Shown: positions 33,342-47,533 of the stretch, piece by piece | Numbering within the stretch: the first letter of the stretch is position 1 | Layout of the letters: each line of letters opens with the position of its first letter | NCBI GenBank assembly: GCA_951406725.2 | Contig: OX597831.1 | Span: 2,790,001-2,854,000 of the forward strand | Source: Octopus vulgaris | Taxonomy: Eukaryota | Direction of reading: 5' to 3' | Length of the DNA: 64,000 bases | The notes under the pieces: generated by a model | What the model was told of the DNA's origin: nothing | Databases searched by the model: none | The model's input: only the letters and a program-made list of their open reading frames with translations | Translations under genes and position numbers: made by a program

Positions 33342-33477
33342 ATATATATATATATATAGATAGATAAAACTTGGAAAAGGATGCGTGGCATTCGATCATA
33401 TAATAATATATAAATATATGCATATATACATACATATATATACATACCTACATATATATGTATATATACATGCATAT

Positions 33478-34125
33478 ATGGGTACAGGACATCAAAAAAA
33501 CATTGAACACAATGAGAAACGAAAACATAAAGGCAAAAACATGGAAACAAACTTTTTTTTCAAACAACAAAAAAACAAAGTACATGATATACAACACAAG
33601 GAATAATCCCCTTCTTCAGTTGTCCCTGTTTCGTCTATTCCATGTTTCGAAGGTAAGGACAAGACGTGGCTTCGTGGAAACAGTCCTTCCCGCAAAAGCA
33701 AATTAAATAAAAATTGGGATTTTTTTGCGGTGGGGTAAAAGGGGTAACAAGAACAGGAGAGTAAGAACAAAACAAGACAATAAAAACAATACAAATAAAA
33801 ACAGTAAAAGACAGAATAAAGAGAATAACTCAGTAAAAACAAACGATGAGGGCTGTTAAGCCAAGACGATGGAAAAATTATTCTGAACGCTTGAGGAGAC
33901 AACTTATGAGAGAGATAGGATAAGCGGTCTGGTCTAGGTGAAGATAGCAGTTGGAAAGAGGGCTTCTCTCTGATCACGTGTCTGTGACGAGAGAGTCGAG
34001 GAGGAGGAGGAGGAGGAGGAGGAGGAGGAGGAGGAGGAGGAGTAAGAGAGAGGGAACGGTGGTTGCATCTTGTCCTCACCTTCGGAACGCGGAGTAGACG
34101 AAACAGGGACAACTGAAGAAGGGGA
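33478..34125 (-). mobile_element. Penelope-like fragment with ~60-bp inverted partial duplication
   Basis: 33608-33665 is the inverse of about 34068-34124 (cgaaacagggacaactgaagaagggga); adjacent to TA-rich tracts. Confidence 0.5.
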
Positions 34126-34668
34126 ATATGTCCTGGGGTTGATTTGTTTGACTAAATCCCTTCAAGGCGGTGCTCCAGCATGACCGCTGTCAAATGACTG
34201 AGACAAGTAAAAGATAAAAAAATAAATGTATGTGTATGCAAAAGATGTGAGCAGATATGTGCGTGTGTGTGTGTGTGTACATACATACACAAATACATGC
34301 ACACATGCATATACACATAAACATGCACACATAGTCATACGTACATTCATACATACACACATGCATACATACATACGCACATACATACATTCATACTTAC
34401 ATACACACACATGCAAATACTCACACATACATACACATTCATATTTATATGTACACACATACATACACACATACACACACACACATATATATATATACAT
34501 ACATATACACATCCATACATACACACACGTTCATATATATACATGTACATACATAAACACACATATACATACATACATACATACACATACATCCATGCAT
34601 ACATACACACATACATACATACACATCGATACATACACACATAACGCATATACACACATTCACACATT

Positions 34669-34708
<40 letters not shown>

Positions 34709-34786
34709 CATACATACACATACATACACACATACATACACATACATGCATGCATATATACATACATGCATGCATGCATACATACA

Positions 34787-34820
<34 letters not shown>

Positions 34821-35761
34821 CATACATGCATGCATGCATGCATACATACATACATACATACATACATACATACATACATACATACATACATACATGCATG
34901 CATGCATGCATGCATACATACATACATACAAATACATACATACATACATACATACATACATACATACATACATACATACATACATACATACATACATACA
35001 TACATTCGTACGTACGTTGTTTGCGTCAGCATGTGTACACATGTGAGCGCGTCCGCAGGCGCACTCGCGTGTGTGTGTGTGTATGTGTGTATGTTTCGCA
35101 ATCATGTGGTTCCAGAGTCAGTCCCATTTCGTGACACTTTGGCCAACGAGGGCCTTGTCTCTGAATTTGGTAGACGGAAGCCCTACGCCCGCGCGTATGA
35201 ATGCGCGCACACACACGCACACACACACACAATACAAGCACATACACATGCATGCATACATATGTGTGTGTGCGCACGCGAGTTTATTGTCTGCCTGTGT
35301 TCCAGCGCAAGTAAATAGCATGTATGCCTCTGTGTGTGTGTGTGTGTGCGTGTGTGTATTAGAGAACTAGATCTGCAGAGTCAAAGACATCTACGCTCAG
35401 AACTGACAGTTTTAATCTTAGTAATTTGACAATGCGAAAAAACACGTTCGAAAATAACGGGGTTATCTCCCTTACAACTTTCATAAGCAGCTGTCTAATT
35501 CACACACCCGCAAACACTGCACAGAGCAGTATATATATATATATATACATACATAATAGTATATGTTATATATATTTTTGAATACATATATGTGTGTGTG
35601 CGTGTGTATATATATATATATATATATATATTACGGAGATGTACTCGCATAGCTTTTGTGTGTTTCTTAAATGGCTTACAAACACCTTCCACGCTGCAAT
35701 TATATATATATATATATACATACATAATAGTATATGTTATATATATTTTTGAATACATATA

Positions 35762-35798
<37 letters not shown>

Positions 35799-37199
35799 TC
35801 TTTCTTTTTCTTTTATTCTTTTACTTGTTTCAGTCATTTGACTGCGGCCAAGCTAGAGCACCGCCTTTAGTCGAGCAAATCGACCACTGGACTTATTCTT
35901 TGTTAGTCTAGTACTTATTCTGTCAGTCTATTTTGCTGAACCGCTAAGTTATTGGAGCATAAACACACCAGCATCGGTTGTCAAGCAATTTTGGGAGGGG
36001 ACACACACACACACACACACATACGACGGGCTTCTTTTCAGTTTCCGTCTACCAAGTCCACTCACAAGGCTTTGGTCAGCCCGAGGCTATAGAAGACACT
36101 TGCCCAAGGTGCCATGCAGTGGGACTGAACCCAGAACCATGTGGTTGATAAGCAAGCTACTTACCACACAGCCACTCCTGCGCCTATGCATATATATATT
36201 CACATGTACATCTATATGTGCGTATGTATCCTTGTTCTTCTTTTAGCCTTTACTTGTTTTGATCATTGGACTGCAGCCATGCAACATTAACCAACTTAAA
36301 AGGTTTTAGTCGAACACATTCACACCAGTGCTTACTCTTTTATTCTTTTTTTTTACTCTTTTACTTGTTTCAGTCATTTGACTGTGGCCATGCTGGAGCA
36401 CCGACTTTAGTCGAGCACATCGACCCCAGAACTTATTCTTTGTTAGCCTAGTACTTATTCTATCTGTCTCTTTTGCCGTACCACTAAGTTACTGGGACGT
36501 AAACACACCAGCATTGGTTGTCAAGCGATGTTGGGGGAACAAACACAGACACATATATTTATATACATATGCATATATATACGACGGGCTTCTTTCAGTT
36601 TCTGTCTACCAAATCCACTCACAAGGCTTTGGTCGGCCCGAGGCTATAGTAGAAGACACTTGCCCAAGGTGCCCAGCAGTGGGAATGAACCCAGAACCAT
36701 GTGGTTGGTAAGCAAGCTACTTACCACACAGCCACTCCTGAGTCAAAGGAAAAGTCAACCTCAGCGGAATTTGAACTAAAAATGTAAACACAGACAAAAT
36801 ACTGCTAAGCCTTTAGCCCAGCACCCTAACGTTTCTGCCAGCTCGCTGCCTTATTTCTAAAGTTTAGTACTTATTCCACTGGTCTCCTTTTTGCAACCCG
36901 CTAATGTTACGGGGGTGTAAACAAGCCAACACCACTTGTCATGCAGTATTGAGGTCAAAACACAAAGATGCACATGTGTACACTCACACACATGTATATA
37001 TCTCCCCCCCACACACACACACAGAAGGAGAGATCTACACCAACATGAGTTTGGTCTTTGTTTATTGTCCCTGAAAGGCTCAAAAAGCAAAGCTGACCTC
37101 AGTGAGATATGACCTCAGGGTGCAGAGAGCTGGAGTAAATATTGCAATGTATTTCATCCATTGTGCTAATGACTCTGCTAACTGAATGCATGTACACAA

Positions 37200-37650
37200 T
37201 GTTTTGGGTGGAGCACCTCTAGCGGCACAAACAGTCAGCGCCATATTGGATGAGATTTCGCGGCCGCCAGTTGCCATCTCCAAGACTGGAGCGAGACCTC
37301 ACCTGCATCCATTTGCCATGCGCGAGATCACAACAAGGCTTGCAATGGCAAACTGTATATAAGGGCAAAACAGAAACAGATTCAATATCTTTCTCCACTT
37401 CTACGTAGCAACGCTTGCTGAGCACACTTCACTGGCTGGGCCTGTCTGCATGTTGTGCCTCCGGAGGCAATGTGCCCGCACTAATGGAGATACAACACCA
37501 CTCACACAGCTTGAGATGGTTGCTGAGAGCAACACACTTCACCTGTTCTGTGAAACTTGTAAATAAACCGGTTGTAAATTGCATTTGTACTTAAAGAATT
37601 CTTTCTTCGCCTGCCGGAACCTGAACTACATCTGAAGAACAAGATATAAT
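37200..37650 (+). mobile_element. Probable solo LTR
   Basis: Starts TGT, GC-richer than its flanks, TATATAAG at about 37356, AATAAA at about 37562; no TSD identified. Confidence 0.45.
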
Positions 37651-37719
37651 GGAAGAAGGCAATATTCTCCCTATATCGTAAACCTTGCCTTCCATTATAT
37701 GCCTTTGGTCATAACTTTC

Positions 37720-38035
37720 CCATAACTTTCAGAAACATTTTTTCACACTAAGAGTTGCTGAAGTATGGAACAAACTGCCAGCATCAGTTGTTAGTTGTCG
37801 GAGCACTGCATTCTTCAAAACTTCCATGCTTTCTGAGATTCCCCAACACTACACCTGATTTTCTCCCCTCCATACACACACAAGAATGTATCTGACTCAT
37901 ACACTGTTCACTTTCCAGACATTTGTACATTACTGCATGTAATTTATATGCACTTTCTGACAAGTTGTGGTGCACCTGAGCACTGTATACAATAATTTCA
38001 TTATTATTATTATTATTATTAATATTATTATTATT
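37720..38035 (+). mobile_element. CR1 LINE 3' end with (ATT)n tail
   Basis: FTLRVAEVWNKLPASVVSCRSTAFFKTSM; the tail gtggtgcacctgagcactgtatacaataatttcatt also occurs at 40488-40528(-). Confidence 0.75.
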
Positions 38036-38675
38036 ATAAGCCTGATCAATGAGGTCAGACAAAGCAACAACAATATTAGTTTCAAATTTCGGCACAAGGC
38101 CAGCAGTTTGGAGGGAGGAGTAAGTCAGTGACATTGACCCCAGTGTTTAAATGGTACTCATTCTATTGACCCTGAAAGGATGAAAGCCAAAGTCGACCCC
38201 AGCAGCATTTGAACTCAAAACATAAAGCCAGTGGAAATACCACTAAGAATTAGTCAGGTACTGCAAGACTAATTACTAATAACCTGGTGTAGAACTCAAT
38301 ATAAATATGCTTCAGAATGATGTGTTACATGAGTATAGAGGAGTAAAAAGAAAAAGAGATGACAAAGGAAGAAGCTATTATCTTATGACAATATATTTGA
38401 GGCTCAAATGAAGCTAAAATGTGTTACTCAGCCACTGAGCTATGAGTCCACTGTGTTTATCTTTTATTTCTTACTTGCTTCAGTTGTTAGACTGCAACCA
38501 TGCTCGGGCACTGCCTTGTAGAATTTTTCTTGAATGAATTGACCCCGGGGCTTATTTTTTTTAAAACCTAGTACTCATTCTGTCGATCTCTTTAGCTGAA
38601 ATGCTAAGTTATGGTGACATGAATACACCAACAACAGTTGTCAAGTAATGATGGAAGACAAATACAAACACAAAG

Positions 38676-38712
<37 letters not shown>

Positions 38713-39143
38713 ATAGGCTTATTTCAGTTCCTCTCTACCAAGTCCAATCACAAGACTTAGGTCAGCTCAAAGCTATAGCTGAAATACGGCAGGATCCAAA
38801 AGAAACCTGCTTTATTTTGCTGAAAATATCGCTTTTTGAAGGTCTTGAAATTTGTGGAAGTCAGAGGACGTAATAATGGCTTCTACAAATGTGTGTGTGT
38901 GTGTGCATATATCAATCATTTAGTTGTTTCTTTTTATCAGTGATCCCATGGGTTTTACTTACCTACAAAGTTCAAATCATCAAACCAGTATGAATTCTTT
39001 TCAATCGCATCATGGAACATATATATATATATGGAGGTCAGGTTACTCTGTACTTATGTAGAGTAAAAATGTATTATTCTTAAACAAGAAAATTGTTGAT
39101 TGTGACTTCGAAGTTTTGGCTAACTAAGCCATTATTGAACCGC

Positions 39144-39185
<42 letters not shown>

Positions 39186-40188
39186 CACACACATACACAC
39201 TTGCAGATGTTGTCCTGATTTTATGCCAGTTTGATTTGTGTTGATTGACAACAATGTCACTTTGAAATTTGCCCAAGTTTGTCATATATGTACACTGTTT
39301 GTACCATTGGCATTATTTCAGCTTGTCACCACAAACTTCCCTGGTTTTATGACAGTCTCAAGAATGCAGAGAAAATAAAACATTCAATGCGGCATGCTAC
39401 CAAAAACAAGTGGGAAATGAGGGAATTTATTCTCATGGTAAATTTCTGAAGCAAATCATCTTTACTTTTCCATCTCTTATTTCTTTCAGTCGTTTGACAG
39501 TGGCCATGCTGGGGCACCACCTTGAAGAGTCTAGTCAAGTAAATTGACTTTGGTACTTATTTGTTAAAGCTTGGAACTTTTTGCTGAACCTCTAAGATAC
39601 AAGGTTGTACACAAACCAATGCTAGCTGTAAAGCAGTGGTGGGGTGGGCAAACACAAACACAGAGACACATATACATACATACATACATACATATAGGGT
39701 GGCGAGCTGGCAGAAACGCTGGCGCGCCAGGCGAAGTGCTTAGCGGTATTTCGTCTGTCGTTATATTCTGAGTTCAAATTCCGCCGAGGTTGACTTTGCC
39801 TTTTATCCTTTCGGGGTTGATAAATAAAGTACCAGTTTCGCACTGGGGTCGATGTAATCGACTTAATCCCTTTGTCTGTCCTTGTTTGTCCCCTCTATGT
39901 TTAGCCCCTTGTGGGTACTAAAGAAATACATACATACATACATACATACATACATACATACATACATGCATACATGCATACATACACACACACATACTAT
40001 AACAAGGTTCAGTTGAATGGAGTGCTTAAAGGTGAGGCACTCAGATCGGAATAAAATGCACACATAACAATTATAGATGAATACCAACCTTGGTTCAGAA
40101 GTACTGGCAGAATGATATTCAGGTAATGCATGCAGTTAAATTGGACCCGACTGAGTATATAATTCGCTCTTCAGCTATTCAGACATGT

Positions 40189-40236
<48 letters not shown>

Positions 40237-41059
40237 GTTTAACGTCCGCTTCCCATGCTAGCATGGGATGGACGATTTGACTGAGGGCTGGCGAACCAGA
40301 TGGCTGCACCAGGCTCCAATCTTGATCAGGCAGTGTTTCTACAGCTGGATGCCCTTCCTAACGCCAACCACTCTGAGAGTGTAGTGGGTGCTTTTTACGT
40401 GCCACCTGCACAGGTGCCAGACGAGGCTAGCAAACGGCCATGAACGGATGGTACTTTTTATGTGCCACCATATATATATAATAAAATAATAATGAAATTA
40501 TTGTATACAGTGCTCAGGTGCACCACAATATATATATATATATTCTTTTTTGCCCTTTTCAAGCCTAGCCAGGCTCATGGGCCCGGTCTCCCGGTTTCTA
40601 TGGCGTATGTGTTCCCCCCAGCTGGACAGGACGCCAGTCCATCGCAGCATTACTGAAGAAACAGGAAGAGAGAGTGAGAGAAAGTTGTGGTGAAAGAGTA
40701 CAACAGGGGTCACCACCCACCCCCTGCCGGAGCCTCATGGAGCTTTTAGGTGTTTTTGCCCAATAAACACACACAACGCCCGGTCTGGGAATCGAAACCG
40801 CAATCCTCTGACTGCGAGTCTACTGCCCTAACCACTGGGCCACTGCGCCTCCACACACACACACACATATATATATATATACATATATTAGAAAGCATGA
40901 ACAGGCAAAACATGTGGAATCACTTTAGAGTATGTTCATGCCAAAGCTTTTACAAGTAAACCAATCTGAGCATCTATTGTATATGCCTATTACATTCTGC
41001 CCTTCGATATACAATTTTATGTGTACTCTGTCTCTCTTTCTCTTTATCTTTTTCTCTTG

Positions 41060-41095
<36 letters not shown>

Positions 41096-41113
41096 TGTAT
41101 GTGTATATATGTG

Positions 41114-41154
<41 letters not shown>

Positions 41155-41314
41155 CAAATATATACGTTCATTTATTATTTTGCACATAACTTAATCATCG
41201 TTATATGTTTTATCTTATATTTAATCTTTCTATAAGATGTAATTTTTCTAAATGGTATAATTTTATTTTTTCATAATTGAATTGATAAAAGGTGGGTTTT
41301 TTTCTAATTTATAT

Positions 41315-41348
<34 letters not shown>

Positions 41349-41441
41349 TATATTATATTTTGTGAAATTTGATTTAGTATTTCTAAATTGAATTTTTCCT
41401 GTATGTTTAGAATAATATTCCCTGATATTATGATTATTATT

Positions 41442-41482
<41 letters not shown>

Positions 41483-41702
41483 GTGCTGGTGGCACGTAAA
41501 AGCACCCACTACACTCGCGGAGTGGTTGACGTTAGGAAGGGCATCCAGCTGTAGAAACACTGCCAGATCAGACTGGAGCCTGGTGCAGCCCCTGGCTTCC
41601 CAGACCTCGGTCGAACCGTCCAACCCGTGCTAGCGTGGAAAACGGACGTTAAACGATGATGATAATGATGATGATGATTATATATATATGTGTGTGCGTG
41701 TA

Positions 41703-41769
<67 letters not shown>

Positions 41770-42049
41770 AATATATGCACATATATATATATATATATAT
41801 CTATATATATACACATATATATATATGATGGGCTTCTTTCAAGTTCCATCTGCCAAATATCCTACAAGACTTAGTTCAGTCCCAGGCTGACCAAAGACAC
41901 TTGCTCAAGGTTCCATGCAGTGGGATTGAACCCAAAACCACATGATTGGGAAGTGGGAAGCAAGTCTCTCAACTGCACAGCCATGTTTGAACCTACAAAT
42001 GGAGAGATTATAAAGATCCGTGAGTTGAAGAGGACCTGAAGCCGGAAAG

Positions 42050-42335
42050 CATTCATTTGAATTGAGCAATCATTTGTGCTAAGACAAATGTCTTGTTTTG
42101 ATGAACTGAAGGAAAAAGAAGGTGAAGATGAAGCGTTTGGCTGATTGCAGAGGCTGCTTTGCAGGCTACGAGAGAGTCAAGCTAAACGTTGTAGTGTTAA
42201 GATGGCTTCAAACTGACATTATTGGCAATTAGCAAGAATCAAATTGGCATAAAATCGCACACACAGCTTGTGCGTATGCGCATGTGTGAGTGTGAGTGTT
42301 TGCTTGTGTGTGCGTGTATGTGTATGTTTGCATGT

Positions 42336-42393
<58 letters not shown>

Positions 42394-42404
42394 GTGTGTG
42401 TGTG

Positions 42405-42437
<33 letters not shown>

Positions 42438-42561
42438 ATGTGTGTGTGTGTGTTTGCGTGTGTGTCTGTGTGTGTCAAGGTGTGTTTGCATGTGTGTGTG
42501 TGTGCATGTGTGTGTGTGTATGTGTGTTTGCGTGTGTGTGTGAGTGTGTGCTTGTGTTTGC

Positions 42562-42597
<36 letters not shown>

Positions 42598-43035
42598 GTT
42601 TGCATGTGTGTGTGTGTTTGCATGTGTGTGTGTGTTTGCATGTGTGTATATGTGTGTTTTTGTGTGTGTGTGTGTGTGTGTTTGCATGTGTGTATGTGTG
42701 TGTTTGCATGTGTGTGTGTGTTTGCATGTGTATGTGTGTTTGCGTGTGTGTGTGTGTGTGTTTGCGTGTGTGTGTGTGTGTGTTTGCGTGTGTGTGTGTG
42801 TGTATGTGTTTGAGTGTTTGCGTGCGTGTGTGTGTTTGCATGTGTGTGTGTGTGTGTGTGTATCAGATATCAAGTGTGGATTATCAAAGCAGTCAAAGAA
42901 TTCCTTGCAGATTTCCAAGCCATCAATTCAGAATTGCAATCATCTGAAGATCTCGCTTTCAATGTTGCTGAGACAAGGTTATATTACAAGAGAATGTCAT
43001 CAAGTTCCTTTCTTACCATTGAAAAACAATTTGCA
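42050..43035 (+). mobile_element. pogo/Tigger transposase remnant split by a (TG)n expansion
   Basis: AVKEFLADFQAI..AFNVAETRLYYKRMSSSSFLTIEK resembles the FN.DETGL..KRMP motif; upstream ..FDELKEKEGEDEAF. Confidence 0.6.
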
Positions 43036-43200
43036 TGCGTAGGAGTGACCATACGGTCAAGAAGTTTGCTTCTAAACCACATGGTTTGGGGTTCAGTCCT
43101 ACTAATTGCCTTCTACAATAGCCCCAGGTTGACCAAAGTGTGTTGTAAAGATAAGGAAAAACTGATGCTCTTAAACAATTTCTTAAAAATAATTAAATTA

Positions 43201-43760
43201 TTGGGTTGTCCGGAAAGTTCATGCCGATTTTTAAAGGAAAAAAAAATGTCAATAAATACCTGCCATTACCTAAGCTTTACCAGGTGCTCATGAACGACGG
43301 ATTTTGATAGGTTGAGGCTTTCTGCCAATTCATGGGTTGTGCAATGTGGGTTATTCGCAATTAATGACTTGATTTGGTCATCATCTATAGTCGATGGTCT
43401 GCCTGATTGCTCTTTATCAATAAGGCTACAATCTCCATCTCGGAACCTTGCGAACCACTTCCGTACAGTTCTTTCGGATAAAGAAACATCACCGTAAACT
43501 GCGCATATTTCTTTGGTTGCTTGTGAGGCATTTTTCCCTTTACGGAATAAGAAAAGCATCAAGTGCTGAAAATGAACTTTCTTATCTTCCAATTTAAAGG
43601 GTTACAGAATTAACACAGGTTATAGGAACATAAACCTTCTTCCACAAAAAGATAGCTTAAACTGTGCTCTAAATGGAGGTGTAAATGGACTCAAACATGT
43701 TCTAAAATAAGTCGAAATGTAAGCTACTATAAATCGGCATGAACTTTCCGGACAACCCAA
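43201..43760 (-). mobile_element. mariner internal-deletion derivative with perfect 30-bp TIRs
   Basis: TA|ttgggttgtccggaaagttcatgccgattt ... aaatcggcatgaactttccggacaacccaa|TA; open frame 43266-43592 encodes only the HTH DNA-binding region. Confidence 0.9.
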
Positions 43761-44309
43761 TATATATGATAGACTTCATTCAGTTTACATTGACCAAATC
43801 CACTCGCGAGGCTTTGGTCTGCCCAAGGCTCTAGCAGAAGACACCTGCCCAAGGTGCCACACAGTGGATCTGAACCTGGAACCATGTGGATGAGATGCAA
43901 ATTCCATAAAACACAGCCACGGCTGCACATAGTAATTTTTCATCATCAACTTTGGCTCTGACTCGCTTGATGTATACACAATCTCCAATATTCTTTTTAG
44001 TAATTCAAGTAGCATGTTTTCAATTGTTATTAAGCATTTATTCTATATATAACAATATCAAATTGATATTATATTTATTTGTAAAAATGTATGTTAACAT
44101 GCTTTTATTGGAGAAAATAATAAATTTTGATTCCTAGAATGCTTCCCCATTTATTTCATAATATAATGGATTTTTGTTCCAAAGTTATATACGCTGTGTT
44201 CTCTAGAAGCATATGCATAAAATCATCCAACAAAATCCATTCACAGAGAATTGGATGCACAGGTGGATAGATAGATAAGGAGATAAATAGATGGATAGGT
44301 AGATAGATG

Positions 44310-44381
<72 letters not shown>

Positions 44382-44634
44382 TATAGATAGATAATTCGAT
44401 AGATAGGCGAGTAGATAGATAGACGAGTATTCAAGGGCACGTATATAATTATGCATCTCCACACTCACATGCATATACACACACATGTCGACAAACAATA
44501 AAACAAACACACATTAACAAAAACATTATATATATATATATATATATACATACATACTGACACATATATATATATATACATACATGCATGTATATATAGA
44601 TATATATATATACACATATATGCACATACATACA

Positions 44635-44667
<33 letters not shown>

Positions 44668-44812
44668 ATATATATATATATATTTATATATAAATATATA
44701 TATATACATACATACATGCATACATACATACATACATACACATGTACATACATACATACATACATACATATATACGCATACATACATGTATACATCACTC
44801 TCTCTCTCTATA

Positions 44813-44903
<91 letters not shown>

Positions 44904-45447
44904 CACACATATATATATATATTGTTTAAATTTCAATGGGAAGTCGTATGTATACACACAAACGAAACACAACACACGAGTAAAGAAAGTAAGAAGGAAA
45001 GAGAGATTCAGTCTCACACACACAACTGCATTACCATCTTTTACACAGAACACACACACACACAGAACACACCCCCCACACACACACACACACTTGTATT
45101 TCCGCTCACATGAGAGGTTGTAGACTGAAATGGTCACAGTGGCCCCTAACGCATTGATTCTCAGGGTGAAACCCCTTCGCTAAACAGAATGATGATGCCA
45201 AAAGTCTGAGAGTATTTTGGAATGTGCCAATCCTTGTGGTGCTCAAAGTTGATTGAAGTCTGTGGAGAATATTCTGACTTGTATCAAACTGAGAACATTG
45301 CTTGGAGAATGGAATATTTCCATATTGAGGGTTGGATACATTGGAATGTTCGGATCTATTCCCTCTACACTGGTTATGACAGACATGTTTATATTTATAT
45401 ATTATATATATACATAGCATACATACATACATACATACATGCATACA

Positions 45448-45483
<36 letters not shown>

Positions 45484-45544
45484 CATGCATACATATATAT
45501 ATATATGTATGTATAAACACACAATTAATATAAGTGTATATGTG

Positions 45545-45634
<90 letters not shown>

Positions 45635-45695
45635 AGTTTCTGAGTTTTGCTCATCATCAGTCTAGAGTAGCATGGCTTGCTTCTAAGTCTTGCTC

Positions 45696-45821
<126 letters not shown>

Positions 45822-46053
45822 ATAGATATCCATATACATATGCATACACAGATACATATATATCTATACACATACGCACATATATTTATTTATGTAGTAG
45901 GTGAAATAATAGTTGTGTGGTTTAGAAGTTCCTTCCTAACCAGAAAGTTTGGGGTTCTTTGCACATGCCTTCTGCCATAGCATCAGTTTACCCAATGTGT
46001 TGCAAGTAAAATTTGGTAGAATTTACTCAATAGAAACTATACAGAATCCTGTC

Positions 46054-46096
<43 letters not shown>

Positions 46097-46196
46097 GATA
46101 ATGATAATAATATTAATAATATTAATGATATTAATTAATATTAATGATAATAATATTAATAATAATAATAATAATGATAATAATAATAATAATAAT

Positions 46197-46232
<36 letters not shown>

Positions 46233-46880
46233 TATAATAATAAGAAATAACAACCAAAGAACAAGACCGCAATTCTAGAAATAGATGATTATTTATAAAT
46301 GTTATAATTTAGAACAAACAGTAAAAGTTGTCGTTATAGTACTCGGAGTTTATACACACAACCATATTCTCACAATACATAGACATAAACCTCCTGCGTT
46401 CACAACATCTACATATGTACACACTCACACAAACATGCATATGTACATGCACATACACACACAAAAACATATCCACTCACACACGCATGTATATATATAT
46501 ACATATGTGGAGGCGCAATGGCCCAGTGGTTAGGGCAGCGGACTCGTGGTCGTAGGATCGCGGTTTCGATTCCCAGACCGGGCGTTGTGAGTGTTTATTG
46601 AGCGAAAACACCTAAAAAAAGATGCACGAGGCTCTGGCAGGAGGTGGTGATCCCTGCTGTACTCTTTCACCACTCTTTCTCCCACTCTTTCTTCTGTTGG
46701 CCTGCTTGCTTAGCCAGTGGGGTGGCGTCATTTGAAGGCTAAAACAATGTGAACGCATTGTGACCAGCGATGTGTAACTACATCTGATGGACTAGTCGGT
46801 CACGTGATATATACATATATGTTAGCTCCTACACGCATTCTTTTCTCTCCTTGTTTCTCTCCTTGTTTTTTTCTGTGTAT

Positions 46881-46916
46881 CTTTCTGTCGAAGAGCGTAG
46901 GCTCGAAACGTAAAAG
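46881..46916 (+). ncRNA. Hammerhead-like motif with variant core
   Basis: cttt-CTGTCGA-a-gagc.gtag.gctc-GAAA-c-g-TA-aaag; A6 is replaced by U. Confidence 0.4.
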
Positions 46917-47005
46917 TCTTTTTCTATTCCTGAGCGCTATACTAATACATTTGTTTGTTTGTATTCCACCTGCCTTTGTCTTTTGTTTATTTTCGTAAAC
47001 TTTCC

Positions 47006-47045
<40 letters not shown>

Positions 47046-47313
47046 GTATATGTGTATGCAACTTCATCCTCATATACATATAGGTGCTTACATACATACA
47101 CATGATACATAACATGATACATATATATTTGGACATGTATATGTATAAATATACGTATATATATGCAGACATACATTCGCACTCCCGCATATATACATAC
47201 ACACACATATCCGTATAAATGAAGGGCTAAGATCTTCCAGTAAATACTTATACACACGCGTGCGCACACACACACACGCACACGCACATATGGTCATATA
47301 TATTATATATATG

Positions 47314-47347
<34 letters not shown>

Positions 47348-47448
47348 GAAAATTATATATGTATGCATATATATATATACACATATTATATTAAAACTGT
47401 ATGTATATATATATACTTTATTTAAAGCAGCAGAAAATTCAACAAAAC

Positions 47449-47486
47449 CTGTTACTCTGAGTTTCACGTTGCCGTTCGTCGGACAG
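47449..47486 (-). ncRNA. Putative minimal hammerhead ribozyme (mirror copy)
   Basis: Reverse complement: ctgt-CCGACGA-acg.gcaa.cgt-GAAA-ctc-a-gag-TA-acag. Confidence 0.55.
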
Positions 47487-47495
47487 TTTTTGCTA

Positions 47496-47533
47496 CTGTC
47501 CGATGAACGGCAACGTGAAACTCAGAGTAACAG
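47496..47533 (+). ncRNA. Putative minimal hammerhead ribozyme (U4C core)
   Basis: ctgt-CCGATGA-acg.gcaa.cgt-GAAA-ctc-a-gag-TA-acag; all three stems pair and stem II has a GNRA loop. Confidence 0.6.

Noticed and set aside
33600-34125. Hammerhead in the inverted pair containing CTGAAGA and CGAAAC
   Set aside because: No consistent stems with an NUH triplet could be assembled (GGA follows stem III).
37630-37645. CTGAAGA at the end of the putative LTR
   Set aside because: No downstream stem II/GAAA; treated as a chance occurrence.
45110-45380. Possible exon or RLE-LINE remnant
   Set aside because: Only vague peptide resemblance and no convincing splice signals.
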